The notes: generated by a model from the letters alone, not told the origin. DNA of 45,866 nt from Betaproteobacteria bacterium RIFCSPLOWO2_02_FULL_65_20 (GCA_001770425.1 MEQZ01000087.1:1-45866), one strand, 5' to 3'. Shown: positions 1 to 14,983, counted from the stretch's first letter. Numbers and translations: made by a program.

Positions 1-2132
<2,132 letters not shown>

Positions 2133-2136
<4 letters not shown>

Positions 2137-5100
2137 GCCGCTACCTCCTCTCGAAGCTTGAGCGCCTCCTCGATATCCACTGCTACCACGCGGGATACGC
2201 CCTGCTCCTGCATGGTGACGCCGATCAACTGTCCCGCCATCTCCATGGTGAGCTTGTTGTGGCTGATAAACAGGAACTGGGTCTGTTGCGACATCTTGCG
2301 CACCAGGTCGCAGAAGCGCTCGGTGTTGGAGTCGTCCAGGGGCGCATCGACCTCGTCGAGCAGGCAGAACGGCGCCGGATTGAGCTGGAACATCGAGAAT
2401 ACCAGCGCGATCGCCGTAAGTGCCTTCTCCCCGCCCGACAGGAGATGGATGGTGGTGTTCTTCTTGCCGGGCGGCCGCGCCATGACCTGCACCCCGGCGT
2501 CGAGAATCTCCTCGCCGGTCATGATCATGCGTGCCTCGCCGCCGCCGAACAGCGCGGGAAACAACTGGCTGAAATGTGCGTTGATGGAATCGAAGGTCGA
2601 CTGCAGCAGCCCCCGCGTTTCGCGATCGATTTTCGCGATAGCGTCGTCCAGAGTCTGCAGCGCCTCGGTGAGGTCGGCGGCTTGCGCATCCAGGAACCGC
2701 TTGCGCTCCTGGCTGGTTGCCAGTTCCTCCAGCGCCGCCATGTTGACCGCACCGAGTTCGGCGATCGCATTGGTCAGGCGGGTGATCTCGCCCTGCAGCG
2801 GCGCCGCCCGCCGTCCTTCTCTGAGCACGGCGAGCAGCACGGCTTCGTCCGTGCCGGCCTCCGCAAGTTGAGCGGCGTACTGCTCGTAGTTCATGCGCGC
2901 TGCCTGTTCCTTCAGGCGCAGTTCCACGATCCTGTCGCGCAGCGGCTGCAGCTTCTGCTCGCTCGCCATGCGCGCTTCCTCCGCCGCTCGCAACCGGTTC
3001 GCCGCGTCTTCCTGCCGCATGCGTGCCGCCGTAAGCGTCTGCTCGCACGCCAGTCGGGTCTGCAGCGCCTGCTGCAGCGATTCCCGCAGTCCCTCGTCGT
3101 GGAGCCCGGCGAGCTCGCCGCAGATCGCATCGATCTGATCGGTCGCCGTGCGCGCCTGCTCAAGCAGCGACTGCACGGACCGGTCTATCTCGCCGATCTT
3201 GTTGGCGCATTCCTTCTCGGCGAAGGCAGTCTCCTGCGCCTCGCGTTCAGCCTGCTGCAGCGTCCGGCGCTGAGCCTCCAGAGCCTGTCCCGCGGCATCG
3301 TGTCCGCTGTTCACGTCGAGCAGGCGCGCGTTTCGCTCATCGAGGGCGCGGTACTGCTCCGCAAGGCTCGCCTCCGATGCGGCGCGCGTGGCGTCCTCGG
3401 CAGTCTTTTGCTGCCCGATTTCTTCGAGCTCGCGCTCGATCTGGCCGCTGCGCTCGGCATAGCGCTCCTGGCCCTGGGTCAGCTTGACCTGCTCAAGCTG
3501 GCGTTCGTGATGGCGCTGGCGCAGCGCGGCGCCCGCGGCGCGCAGCGCCGCCAGTCCTTCGTCGTGCTCTGCCAGCGCCAGCTCCAGGCGCGCCAGTTCC
3601 TGGCGCGCGCGCGCAATATCCTCTTCCAGCGTGCGGGCATCGGGGGCCAGCGCCTCGATCTCGCGCTGGCGCGCGAGTATGCCCGTGTCCGACGGGTCGG
3701 GCGCGTGAAAGCTGACACCGTAACGTCCGAACTGGTGTCCGTCGCGGTTGACCAACACCACGCGCGGGTGCAGTTCCAGCCGCACCGCGAGCGCCGGCAC
3801 GCCTTCAACCGCATAGCAATCGTGCAGCCAGGAAGCCAGCACTGCGGCGGCACCCGGTTCCAGAGGGCGCACCAGTTCGGCCAGGGGCCGCAAGCCGTGC
3901 TCCTGCGCGATCGCGAGGGGCACGCCCCCCCCGCCCGTATAGTAGGCGCTGACCTTGGCTGGAGGCGGATCCTCGATCAGGTGCTGCAGCGTGTCGTAAT
4001 CACCCAGTTCCAGCGCGTGCAGTTTCTCGCGCAGCACCGACTCCACTGCCGATTCCCAGCCCGGTTCGACCCGGATGTTCTGCCACAGTCGCGTAGCGGC
4101 GCCCAGTTGGTGGCGCTCGATCCAGCCGTGGATCTGGCCGTTTTCCTCGACCTGGCTCTGAACCTTCTGCAGCGTCAGCAGCTTGGCGTCGAGTGCCGAA
4201 TAATCGCGCTCCGCGGCCTGCAGCCGCTCCTGCGCCGCGGCACGGTCCGCCTCGACGCCGGTGCGCGCGCCCTCGACCTGCGCGAGAACCTCGCTTTGCC
4301 GGAGCATTTCCGCGTCGCTGTGCGCGAGGTCCTGCACCAGTTGCGCCAGGTGCGCGGAATCGGGGGCAAGCAATTCGGCCCGCTCCGCGAGCAGCCGCTC
4401 ATTGCGCGCAAGCAGTCCCTGCAGCACCCGGTCCGCATGCGCGAGGTGGGCCTGTTCGAGCTCGATCACCCGCTCTGTCTCTGCAATGGCCTCGCGCTGC
4501 TCGGCGAGGCGCGACTGCGCCTCGCGATACGCATGTTCGGCTACGGGAAGGCGGGCGGTCTCGTCGCTGAGACGTGCCGTAGCCTCGGACGCGCGCTCGC
4601 GCGCCTGGACGGTGCGCGCCTGCCACATGGTCTGGGCTTCCCTCAGTTCGGCCTGCTGCCGGGCGCCGGCCTCCTGCTGAGCGCGCAACTGCGACAGTTG
4701 CGACTCCAGGCGCTGGCGCGTTTCCGACACGTATCGGATCTCCGCCTCCAGGCGCGACACTTCCGTATTCGCACCATAGAGCGCGCCCTGCGACTCGTTG
4801 AGGGCATCACCGGTGGCGTAGTGCTCGACCCGCGCCTTTTCCAACTGGCTCTCGATTTCGCGCAGCCGCGCGGTTTCGGCTTCGAGCTCGGTGCCGGTGC
4901 GTTCGATATCGCGCGCGTGCCGCTGGGTCTCGCTTTGCGCTTCGTTCCGGCGCAGGAGCCAAAGCAGCCCCTGTTTCTGCTGGCGCTCGCCGTTGAGCTC
5001 GTTGTATTTTCGCGCCACCTCGGCCTGTTTCTCGAGCTTTTCGATCTGGGCGCCCAGTTCCAGGCGTATGTCGTCGACACGCGCGAGGTTTTCGCGCGTA

Positions 5101-5657
5101 TCGGCGAGCCGGTGCTCGGTTTCGCGGCGCCTTTCCTTGTATTTGGATACGCCCGCCGCTTCCTCGAGGAATACCCGCAGATCCTCGGGTCTAGCCTCGA
5201 TGATGCGGGAGATCATGCCCTGCTCGATGATCGCGTAGGCTCGCGGCCCCAGGCCCGTGCCCAGAAAGATGTCCTGCACGTCGCGGCGGCGCACATGGGT
5301 GTTGTTGATGAAGTAGGAGGACTCACCATCCCTTTGCAGCACGCGCTTCACCGCGATCTCGGCGTACTGGGTCCACTGTCCCGCCGCCTTGCCCAGGCTG
5401 TTGTCGAACGTGAGCTCGACGCTCGCGCGCGCAACCGGTTTGCGCAGCGAGGAGCCGTTGAAGATCACGTCCTGCATGGAATCCCCGCGCAGGGCCGCGG
5501 CCCTGGATTCGCCCAGGACCCAGCGCACGGCGTCGATGATGTTCGACTTGCCGCAGCCGTTGGGGCCCACGACGCCGACGAGTTTGCCGGGGACGTTGAT
5601 CGACGTGGGGTCGACGAACGACTTGAATCCGGCGAGTCTCAGGTGGGTGAGGCGCAT
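2133..5657 (-). CDS. smc: chromosome segregation protein SMC (1174 aa)
   Basis: The N-terminus has Walker A GPNGCGKSN in MRLTHLRLAGFKSFVDPT. Long Glu/Ala/Arg/Leu coiled-coil arms flank a hinge. The C-terminus has the signature LSGGEKALTAIALVF and Walker B FCLLDEVDAPLD. Confidence 0.97.
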
Positions 5658-5730
5658 TCCGTATGCGTCTTTACAAAAAAGAAAACCGGCGGGCGCCGGA
5701 ACACGATCGGGAACTGCAAACGTCGGCGCC

Positions 5731-5736
5731 TATAAT
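5731..5736 (+). promoter_or_regulatory. candidate -10 element (perfect TATAAT) for queF
   Basis: TATAAT ends 29 nt upstream of the queF ATG. No convincing -35 was found (GGGAAC region). Confidence 0.3.
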
Positions 5737-5765
5737 AGCATTTTCGCCGCCGCATCCGGGACGCC

Positions 5766-6194
5766 ATGCCAAGCAAACCAAGCAAGCCGAAGCAGCCTTT
5801 CGCCAGCTTCCCCAATCCCAATCCCGGACGGGATTACCTGATTCACATGCAGATTCCTGAATTTACCTGCCTGTGCCCGCTGACCGGCCAGCCGGATTTC
5901 GCCACCATTGCGCTCGATTACATCGCCGACCGGCGATGTGTCGAGTTGAAGAGCCTCAAGCTCTACATCTGGGCGTTCCGCAACCAAGGCGCATTCCACG
6001 AGGCGGTCACCAACCGGATCCTCGACGACCTGGTGCGCTTGCTCGCGCCGCGCTTCATGCGCGTCACGGCGAGGTTCTTCGTCCGCGGCGGCATTTATAC
6101 CACCGTGGTCGCAGAGCACCGCAAGCGCGGCTGGAAGCCTGCCCAGCCCATCGAGCTGCCGGTGGTGGAGGACCAGCCCAGCACCCGGTCTTAG
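5766..6194 (+). CDS. queF: NADPH-dependent 7-cyano-7-deazaguanine (preQ0) reductase, short type-I QueF (142 aa)
   Basis: The catalytic-Cys context is [14 protein letters not shown]. The QueF motif is [15 protein letters not shown]. Size fits the unimodular QueF class. Confidence 0.92.
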   Translation: MPSKPSKPKQPFASFPNPNPGRDYLIHMQIPEFTCLCPLTGQPDFATIALDYIADRRCVELKSLKLYIWAFRNQGAFHEAVTNRILDDLVRLLAPRFMRVTARFFVRGGIYTTVVAEHRKRGWKPAQPIELPVVEDQPSTRS

Positions 6195-6202
6195 GCGCTT
6201 AT

Positions 6203-6335
6203 GACTCAAGTGTTGACGCAATTGGCGAAGACTTCGGGTTTACATACGTCTCCCGATTTAGGGAAGTTGCGAAGTTGCAACTTCCCTAAATCGGGAGATT
6301 GATGGAAGCCAAGACCGACCAACCGGCCTGCCCGG
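6203..6335 (+). repeat. palindrome-core intergenic repeat, copy A (core 6249..6298)
   Basis: The core is TCTCCCGATTTAGGGAAGTTGC-GAAGTT-GCAACTTCCCTAAATCGGGAGA: perfect 22-bp arms with a 6-nt loop. The left flank GACTCAAGTGTTGACGCAATTGGCGAAGACTTCGGGTTTACATACG and the right flank are alignable to copies B-E. It lies between queF and dapC. Confidence 0.9.
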
Positions 6336-6343
6336 CGCGACGC

Positions 6344-6349
6344 TATAAT
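6344..6349 (+). promoter_or_regulatory. candidate -10 element (perfect TATAAT) for dapC operon
   Basis: GCTATAATG ends 35 nt upstream of the dapC GTG, immediately right of repeat copy A. The -35 is weak. Confidence 0.3.
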
Positions 6350-6384
6350 GCGCCGCTCTGCGGCTTCTCCTGTCTCCAGCAAGC

Positions 6385-7578
6385 GTGAACCCCAACCTCG
6401 CCAAACTGCAGCCCTACCCGTTCGAGAAGCTGCGCGCCCTGTACGCCGGCGTCGAGCCCAACGCCGCCCTCGCGCCGATCAACCTGTCGATCGGCGAACC
6501 CAAACACCCGACGCCCGAATTCATCAAGCGCGCGCTGACCGATAATCTGGCGGGTCTGGCGAGCTACCCGCCGACGATCGGCTCCCTTGAACTGCGCGAG
6601 GCGATCGCGGCCTGGCTGGTCCGCCGCCATGGCCTGGCCGGGATCGACGCCGCGGTCCAGGTGCTGCCGGTCAACGGATCGAGGGAAGCGCTGTTCGCGT
6701 TTGCGCAGACCGTGATCGAACCGAACCGTGGCCAGGCGCTGGTTGTCTGCCCCAATCCCTTCTACCAGATCTATGAAGGGGCAGCGCTGCTCGCCGGCGC
6801 CGCCCCTTACTTCGTGAACACCTCCGCCGGGCGCGGCTTTGCCGCCGATTACCGGGTCGTACCCGAATCGGTATGGCAGCGCACGCAGTTGCTGTACGCC
6901 TGCTCGCCCTCGAATCCCGCCGGCCACGTCATGGATATCGAGGAGTGGCGACTGCTGTTCGAACTCTCGGACCGCTACGGATTCGTGATCGCCTCCGACG
7001 AGTGTTACTCGGAGCTCTATTTCGACGAGATGCAACCTCCGCTGGGGGCGCTAGGCGCGGCGAACCGGCTCGGACGCAGCGATTTTGCACGGCTGGTCGT
7101 GTTTTCCAGCCTGTCCAAGCGCTCGAACGCGCCGGGAATGCGCTCCGGCTTCGTCGCGGGCGATGCGGCATTGCTCAAGCCCTTTCTGCTGTACCGCACC
7201 TATCACGGCGGCGCGATGAGTCCGGCCGTGCAGGCGGCGAGCGCCGCCGCGTGGAAGGACGAGGCCCACGTGCGGGAGAACCGGCGGCTCTATGCCCAGA
7301 AGTTCGCCGCGACCCTGGGACTCATCAAGGCGCCCCTTGCGGCGGACATGCCTCAGGGCGGATTCTATTACTGGATGCGAACCCCGACCGCCGACACTGA
7401 ATTTGCGCGCGAACTCTATCGCGACCGGAATGTCCTGGTTCTCCCGGGGAGCTTTCTTGCGCGCGACGCGCACGACGAGAATCCGGGCGCGGACTACATA
7501 CGCGTCGCCATGGTCGCGCCGCTCGCAGAATGCGTCGAGGCGATAGCACGCATCGCAGATTTCTCCAACACCCTATGA
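6385..7578 (+). CDS. dapC: succinyldiaminopimelate transaminase (397 aa, GTG start)
   Basis: The N-terminus is [31 protein letters not shown]. It has a class-I aminotransferase fold with the PLP-Lys motif [15 protein letters not shown]. It is directly coupled to dapD. Confidence 0.88.
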   Translation: MNPNLAKLQPYPFEKLRALYAGVEPNAALAPINLSIGEPKHPTPEFIKRALTDNLAGLASYPPTIGSLELREAIAAWLVRRHGLAGIDAAVQVLPVNGSREALFAFAQTVIEPNRGQALVVCPNPFYQIYEGAALLAGAAPYFVNTSAGRGFAADYRVVPESVWQRTQLLYACSPSNPAGHVMDIEEWRLLFELSDRYGFVIASDECYSELYFDEMQPPLGALGAANRLGRSDFARLVVFSSLSKRSNAPGMRSGFVAGDAALLKPFLLYRTYHGGAMSPAVQAASAAAWKDEAHVRENRRLYAQKFAATLGLIKAPLAADMPQGGFYYWMRTPTADTEFARELYRDRNVLVLPGSFLARDAHDENPGADYIRVAMVAPLAECVEAIARIADFSNTL

Positions 7579-7589
7579 CACGGACCATC

Positions 7590-8411
<822 letters not shown>

Positions 8412-8449
8412 CGCCGGCGCGCGTTGCAACGCAAGGGGAGGATCTCACC

Positions 8450-10788
<2,339 letters not shown>

Positions 10789-10828
10789 GGTTTCAGAAAC
10801 ACCGGCACGAGACGACGCCTCGCCTCTG

Positions 10829-11695
10829 GTGACGCTCGCCGACTGGCTGCGCTACGCCGTGCGGCGCTTCCGGCGCGCGCGACTGGCCTTTGGCCACGGC
10901 ACGGACAATGCGTACGACGAGGCTGCGTGGCTGCTGCTGCACGTGACAAAACGCCCGTACCAGGATCTCTCCGGCGCGCTGCCGCTCGCCCTCACCGCCG
11001 CGCAACAGCGCCGCGCGCTGGCGCTGATCGAAAAACGCATCGCCACCCGCAAGCCGCTGGCCCACTTGCTGCGCGAGGCATGGCTCGGGAAGCACCGCTT
11101 CTACGTCGATGAACGCGTCATCGTGCCGCGCTCCCACATCGCCGAGCTGCTCGCCGACAGTCTCGCTCCTTGGGCCGGGCAGGTGCGATCCGCGCTGGAC
11201 ATGTGCACCGGCTCGGGCTGCCTCGCCGTCCTGCTTGCACTCGCCTACCCGCGCGCGCGCGTCGACGCGGTGGATGTCTCGCCTTCGGCGCTCGCAGTCG
11301 CGCGGCGCAACCTGAAGGACTACGGACTGCAGCGCCGGGTGCAGCTCCTGCGCTCGGATTTGTACGCAAAACTTGAGAACCTGCGCTACGACCTCATCGT
11401 CGCCAATCCCCCGTACGTCGATGCTCGGGCGATGGCCCGGCTGCCGCCGGAATACCGGCGCGAGCCGCGCCTGGCGCTCGCCGGCGGGCGGGACGGCCTT
11501 GGGTTCGTGAGGCGGATTCTTGCCGATGCACGGCGGCATCTTTCCCCGCGCGGCGTTCTGGTGGTGGAGATCGGCAACGGGCGCCGCGCGCTCGAACGTG
11601 CCTATCCGATGCTGCCGTTTACCTGGCTGGAGACGGGCGCGGGCGGCGATTGCGTGTTTCTGCTGACGCGCGCGCAGCTGCCCGCAGCGCTGTGA
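10829..11695 (+). CDS. prmB: 50S ribosomal protein L3 N5-glutamine methyltransferase (about 288 aa; start uncertain)
   Basis: Motifs are GHGTDNAYDEAAWLL, FYVDERVIVPRS, DMCTGSGC and IVANPPYV (NPPY). The track start 10688 overlaps dapE by 100 nt. The first plausible start after the dapE stop in this frame is GTG 10829 (VTLADWLRYAV...), which aligns with the E. coli PrmB N-terminal region. Confidence 0.8.
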   Translation: MTLADWLRYAVRRFRRARLAFGHGTDNAYDEAAWLLLHVTKRPYQDLSGALPLALTAAQQRRALALIEKRIATRKPLAHLLREAWLGKHRFYVDERVIVPRSHIAELLADSLAPWAGQVRSALDMCTGSGCLAVLLALAYPRARVDAVDVSPSALAVARRNLKDYGLQRRVQLLRSDLYAKLENLRYDLIVANPPYVDARAMARLPPEYRREPRLALAGGRDGLGFVRRILADARRHLSPRGVLVVEIGNGRRALERAYPMLPFTWLETGAGGDCVFLLTRAQLPAAL

Positions 11696-11708
11696 AAGGA
11701 AGGGCATC

Positions 11709-12728
11709 GTGAAGGCAATGGTCGTGAGGGAGTTCGGTCCCCCGAACGTGATGCGGCTGGAAGAACTTCCGGATCCCACACCCGGCCCCGGCGAGGTCGT
11801 GATCCGGGTGCATGCCGTGTCGGTGAATCGCACGCTGGACACGGTGGTGCGCGCCGGGAAATTCAAGCGGCGCGTGACCCTGCCGCTGGTGCTCGGCGTC
11901 GATCCCGCGGGCGTGATCGTCGAGCTCGGGTCCGGCGTCAGCGGCCGCAAGGTGGGAGACCGCGTGGTCACCTCGATGCGGGTCCAGAGCGAAGCCGCGG
12001 CAGACGGGCCGCAACTGGGGAGCGTTCATGCCTGGGGCGGCTATGCCGAATACATCACCGCCCGGGCGGAGGCGACGACCATGGTTCCGGACGGCGTCGA
12101 CCTTGCAACCGCGCACGTCATCGCCCGTCATGCGCCCACGGCGTTCCACCTGCTGCGTGACCGGGCGAAGCTCGCGCCGGGCGAATGGGTCCTGGTCATG
12201 GGCGCGGCCGGCGCGCTGGGCAGCGCGGGCGTGCAGGTGGCCAAGTTTCTGGGTGCCAGGGTGATCGCGGCCGCCGGTGCCGACCAGCGCGCCAAGCTGT
12301 GCCTGGATCTTGGAGCCGATGCCGGTGTGAACTACCGCACGCAGGATCTGACCGCCGAGGCGATGCGCATCACACAGGACAAGGGGGTCGACGTGGTGTT
12401 CGAGAACATCGGCGACCCGGAACTGTTTCCGAAGGCCTTCGCCGCGATCGCCCGCAACGGCCGGCTGGTCACCACGGGCGGGCATGGCGGCGGCATCGTT
12501 CCGCTCGACGTGAACCAGCTCTACCTCAAACAGATCACGGTGATCGGGGCCACGGGACATTCGCACGCCGATATTGCGCTTAGCCTGCAGGCGGCGGCCG
12601 AGGGGCGTTTCAAGGCGATCATCGCCTGCATCCTGCCGCTCTCCCAGGCGCCGCTGGCGCATGAGCTGGTCGAGTCGCGCGCGACCCTCGGCAAAGTCGT
12701 GCTCGACCCGACGCGGCCGGTCTCTTAG
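11709..12728 (+). CDS. NADPH:quinone oxidoreductase / zinc-type alcohol dehydrogenase-like (MDR family, 339 aa, GTG start)
   Basis: It starts MKAMVVREFGPPNVMRLEELPDPTPGPGEVVIRVHAVSVN and has the Rossmann motif VMGAAGALGSAGVQVAKFLGARV. The pattern is typical of the Qor/MDR family. Confidence 0.8.
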   Translation: MKAMVVREFGPPNVMRLEELPDPTPGPGEVVIRVHAVSVNRTLDTVVRAGKFKRRVTLPLVLGVDPAGVIVELGSGVSGRKVGDRVVTSMRVQSEAAADGPQLGSVHAWGGYAEYITARAEATTMVPDGVDLATAHVIARHAPTAFHLLRDRAKLAPGEWVLVMGAAGALGSAGVQVAKFLGARVIAAAGADQRAKLCLDLGADAGVNYRTQDLTAEAMRITQDKGVDVVFENIGDPELFPKAFAAIARNGRLVTTGGHGGGIVPLDVNQLYLKQITVIGATGHSHADIALSLQAAAEGRFKAIIACILPLSQAPLAHELVESRATLGKVVLDPTRPVS

Positions 12729-12729
12729 C

Positions 12730-13236
12730 CTAGCCCGCTGCATAGGCGCCGAACAACGCGCGATCGGTTTCTTCGTCCAGCAGGCTGTCGAGCACCGGAA
12801 GCAGCGCCCCGTCTTCCTTTTGCGCGTGCGAACCCAGGCGCTCGCTGAATTCCAGCGCCAGGACCTTCATCGCCTGCCAGTCCGGCGCGCCGCCCGCAAG
12901 GGCGTTGCGCAGCAGTTCGGCCAGGGGCTGCGCCACCGCGCGGATGGTGGCGTGCTCCTCGATCAGCAACCCCGCGAGATCGCCGTCTCCCGCCTGTTCC
13001 AGACGCGGGAACACATCGCGTTCCTCGAATTCGAAATGGCGCGCCACTTCGACGTCGATGGCACCGAGCAGTCCGCGCGCGAACGCAGGCCAGGCCGAAT
13101 CCCCTTCCGGCGGTGGATAGACGCCTGCGCGACCCGTAAACACGCGCTCGACGCGATTCAGGAGTTCGAGGGTTGCAGCGTGCTCTTCATAGAGCCGCCT
13201 GCTGGTCTGTAGCTGGAATTCCATCGATGGCCTCAT
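12730..13236 (-). CDS. hemerythrin (HHE cation-binding) domain protein (168 aa)
   Basis: The protein starts MRPSMEFQLQTSRRLYEEHAATLELL. Repeated H..E motifs are present (HFEFEERDVFP, LIEEHATI, SHAQKEDG). An alternative ATG lies at 13224. The stop is 1 nt from the convergent oxidoreductase stop. Confidence 0.75.
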   Translation of the reverse strand: MRPSMEFQLQTSRRLYEEHAATLELLNRVERVFTGRAGVYPPPEGDSAWPAFARGLLGAIDVEVARHFEFEERDVFPRLEQAGDGDLAGLLIEEHATIRAVAQPLAELLRNALAGGAPDWQAMKVLALEFSERLGSHAQKEDGALLPVLDSLLDEETDRALFGAYAAG

Positions 13237-13440
13237 GACACGACAGTGGACGGGTACACGGCAGACCTGCGCGGCTTTAGTCGGCCGGATCTCCGGCGCG
13301 CTAAAGCTGCGCCCTACCCGGCACGGGCCGGCTGTCGCCTCAACCCGCCCGTGCCACACTATGGCACGCCAGCCGGTTCGCTGCTTCGGTCCCGATGACT
13401 GATGGGGAATCGGCCTATTCGCCAGGCATCCCCGGCGGAT

Positions 13441-13454
13441 CTGATGTGAGTCAA
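13441..13454 (+). promoter_or_regulatory. FNR/Dnr/NnrR-type box (CTGAT-GTGA-GTCAA) upstream of nnrS
   Basis: It matches TTGAT-N4-ATCAA at 8 of 10 positions. The GTCAA half-site is the form seen in DNR-type boxes. Its centre lies about 41 nt upstream of a position 6-7 nt past a TATCTT -10-like hexamer (13478..13483), which is class II geometry. The box ends 61 nt before the nnrS ATG. Confidence 0.5.
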
Positions 13455-13515
13455 ATCCAATCGCGCACCTACCCTGTTATCTTAGTGCGCTCATCATCAC
13501 CGGCAACCTTGTGTT

Positions 13516-14712
13516 ATGTCCATGCCCATGGCGCCCTTGCGATCCCCCATCGAAGCGCAGCCGAATCGCTTCGCGCTGTGGAATCTGGGCTTTCGCCCCT
13601 TCTACCTGCTGGCAGGGTTGTTTGCCGCACTGTCGATCCTCGCCTGGTCCGCGCAGTTCGCGGGCTGGATGGGTTCGCAGGTCTACCTCGGCGACCCGCG
13701 CTGGCACGCGCACGAAATGATTTTCGGCTACGCGTTTGCTGTCATCGTCGGTTTTCTGTTTACGGCCGGACGCAACTGGACCAACCAGCCGACACCGACC
13801 GGCATGCCCCTGGCGGCCATCGCCGCGCTGTGGCTTGCCGCGCGCGTGCTGGTGCTGACCCCCTGGCATGGCTTTGCCGCCGTAGCCGACATCGGGTTTG
13901 CGATCGCGGCCGCCATCGGGATGGCCATACCGCTGGTTGCAAGCCGCAACCGCCGCAACTACTTTTTCGTGCTGCTGCTGCTGGGATTCGGCGCAGCGAA
14001 TCTCGCCTTCTACCTTGCCATGGCAGGCGTGATCGACTTCTCCATGCAGCGCGGACTCCAGATTGGCCTCGATCTGATCCTGTTCGTGGTCACGGTCATG
14101 GCCGGACGGGTGATACCGATGTTCACGGACAATGCGATTCCGGGAACCCATGCCACGCGCCGGGCCTGGCTCGAGCTCACGGTCCTGGGGAGCACGCTGG
14201 GCCTGCTCGCGGTCGATGTGCTGAATCTGCCGCCGACAGCGATTGCGGTGATCGCAACGATAGCGGGTATTGCGCATGCGGCGCGGCTCGCCTTGTGGAA
14301 ACCCTGGGTCACCGCGCGACACCCGATAGTGTGGATCCTGCACCTGTCCTACGCGTGGATTGCGGTGCATCTCGTGCTGCGCGCGCTCGCAGCCTTTGAT
14401 GTCGTACCCGCAACCCTGGCGACGCATGCGCTGACCCTCGGCGCCATCGGCGGCATCACCCTGGGCATGATGACCCGCACCTCCCGCGGGCACACGGGGC
14501 GCCCGCTGTGCGCATCGCCGATCGAGACTGCGTCCTACGTCCTGGTGCACCTCGCCGCCGCGGTGCGCGTATTCCTGCCGCTTGCCGCGTCAGACCTGCA
14601 GCTGACCGCCGTTCTTGCCTCCGGCGTCCTGTGGGTCATCGCCTTCGGGCTGTTTACGGGCGCGTTCTGGCCGATACTCACGCGTCCCCGCCTCGACGGC
14701 AAACCCGGATAG
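13516..14712 (+). CDS. nnrS: NnrS family protein (haem/copper membrane protein of the NO-stress regulon, 398 aa)
   Basis: The N-terminus FALWNLGFRPFYLLAGLFAALSILAW is followed by about 12 predicted TM segments with conserved His residues, as is typical of NnrS. Confidence 0.88.
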   Translation: MSMPMAPLRSPIEAQPNRFALWNLGFRPFYLLAGLFAALSILAWSAQFAGWMGSQVYLGDPRWHAHEMIFGYAFAVIVGFLFTAGRNWTNQPTPTGMPLAAIAALWLAARVLVLTPWHGFAAVADIGFAIAAAIGMAIPLVASRNRRNYFFVLLLLGFGAANLAFYLAMAGVIDFSMQRGLQIGLDLILFVVTVMAGRVIPMFTDNAIPGTHATRRAWLELTVLGSTLGLLAVDVLNLPPTAIAVIATIAGIAHAARLALWKPWVTARHPIVWILHLSYAWIAVHLVLRALAAFDVVPATLATHALTLGAIGGITLGMMTRTSRGHTGRPLCASPIETASYVLVHLAAAVRVFLPLAASDLQLTAVLASGVLWVIAFGLFTGAFWPILTRPRLDGKPG

Positions 14713-14863
14713 CGGGCAAAGCGCACGCGTTCGCCTGTTATTGGGCGCGATTGCGCGCCGGTGGGCTTTGGCCTACGACCGCCTCGACTTTCCTGTCAAG
14801 CCGCCCGCCTGAAGCGGACCGGCAACCCAACCGCGAGGCTCTCGGTTCGCAGTGAGAAGATCT

Positions 14864-14939
14864 TGGGGTGGCCGATGGGATTCGAACCCACAACAACTGG
14901 AATCACAATCCAGGACTCTACCATTGAGCTACGGCCACC
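14864..14939 (-). tRNA. tRNA-His (GTG)
   Basis: I folded it by hand as G(-1)+GTGGCCG/CGGCCAC acceptor, D arm GCTC-AATGGTA-GAGT, anticodon arm CTGGA-TTGTGAT-TCCAG, T arm GTGGG-TTCGAAT-CCCAT, then C73 and an encoded CCA. The extra G-1 opposite C73 is the His identity mark. Confidence 0.95.
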
Positions 14940-14983
14940 ACTGTACTCTGTAACCTGACTCCAGCACCGCCCGGTGGCGCTGC

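Noticed and set aside
2137-3048. N-terminal 304 aa of the 669-aa track ORF 1039..3048
   Set aside because: This part overlaps the smc 3' region out of frame and is Arg/Gly/Ala junk. ZipA starts at GTG 2136, coupled to the smc stop.
2259-5735. 1158-aa plus-strand ORF opposite smc
   Set aside because: It is an antisense shadow. The translation is Arg/Leu/Ala/Gly-rich with no motifs, while the minus strand carries a complete SMC with Walker A, signature and Walker B motifs.
5658-5765. A preQ1 riboswitch upstream of queF
   Set aside because: With the TATAAT at 5731, the leader would be only about 25 nt. I saw no preQ1-type hairpin or A-rich tail pattern.
6226-6241. A sigma54 (-24/-12) promoter in the conserved left flank (TGGCGAAGAnTTnGG)
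   Set aside because: The spacing is TGGC-N6-TT(C/G)G rather than TGGC-N7-TTGC, and the invariant GC of the -12 element is missing.
6213-6246. A sigma70 promoter in the left flank (TTGACG or TTGACA in copies A and D)
   Set aside because: No acceptable -10 lies at 16-19 nt. The TTGAC is not conserved in copies B, C and E.
6203-6335. Classification of the repeats as classic MITEs with terminal inverted repeats
   Set aside because: The outer ends of the ~140-nt units are not inverted repeats of one another, and I could not identify target-site duplications by eye. This remains possible with better boundary definition.
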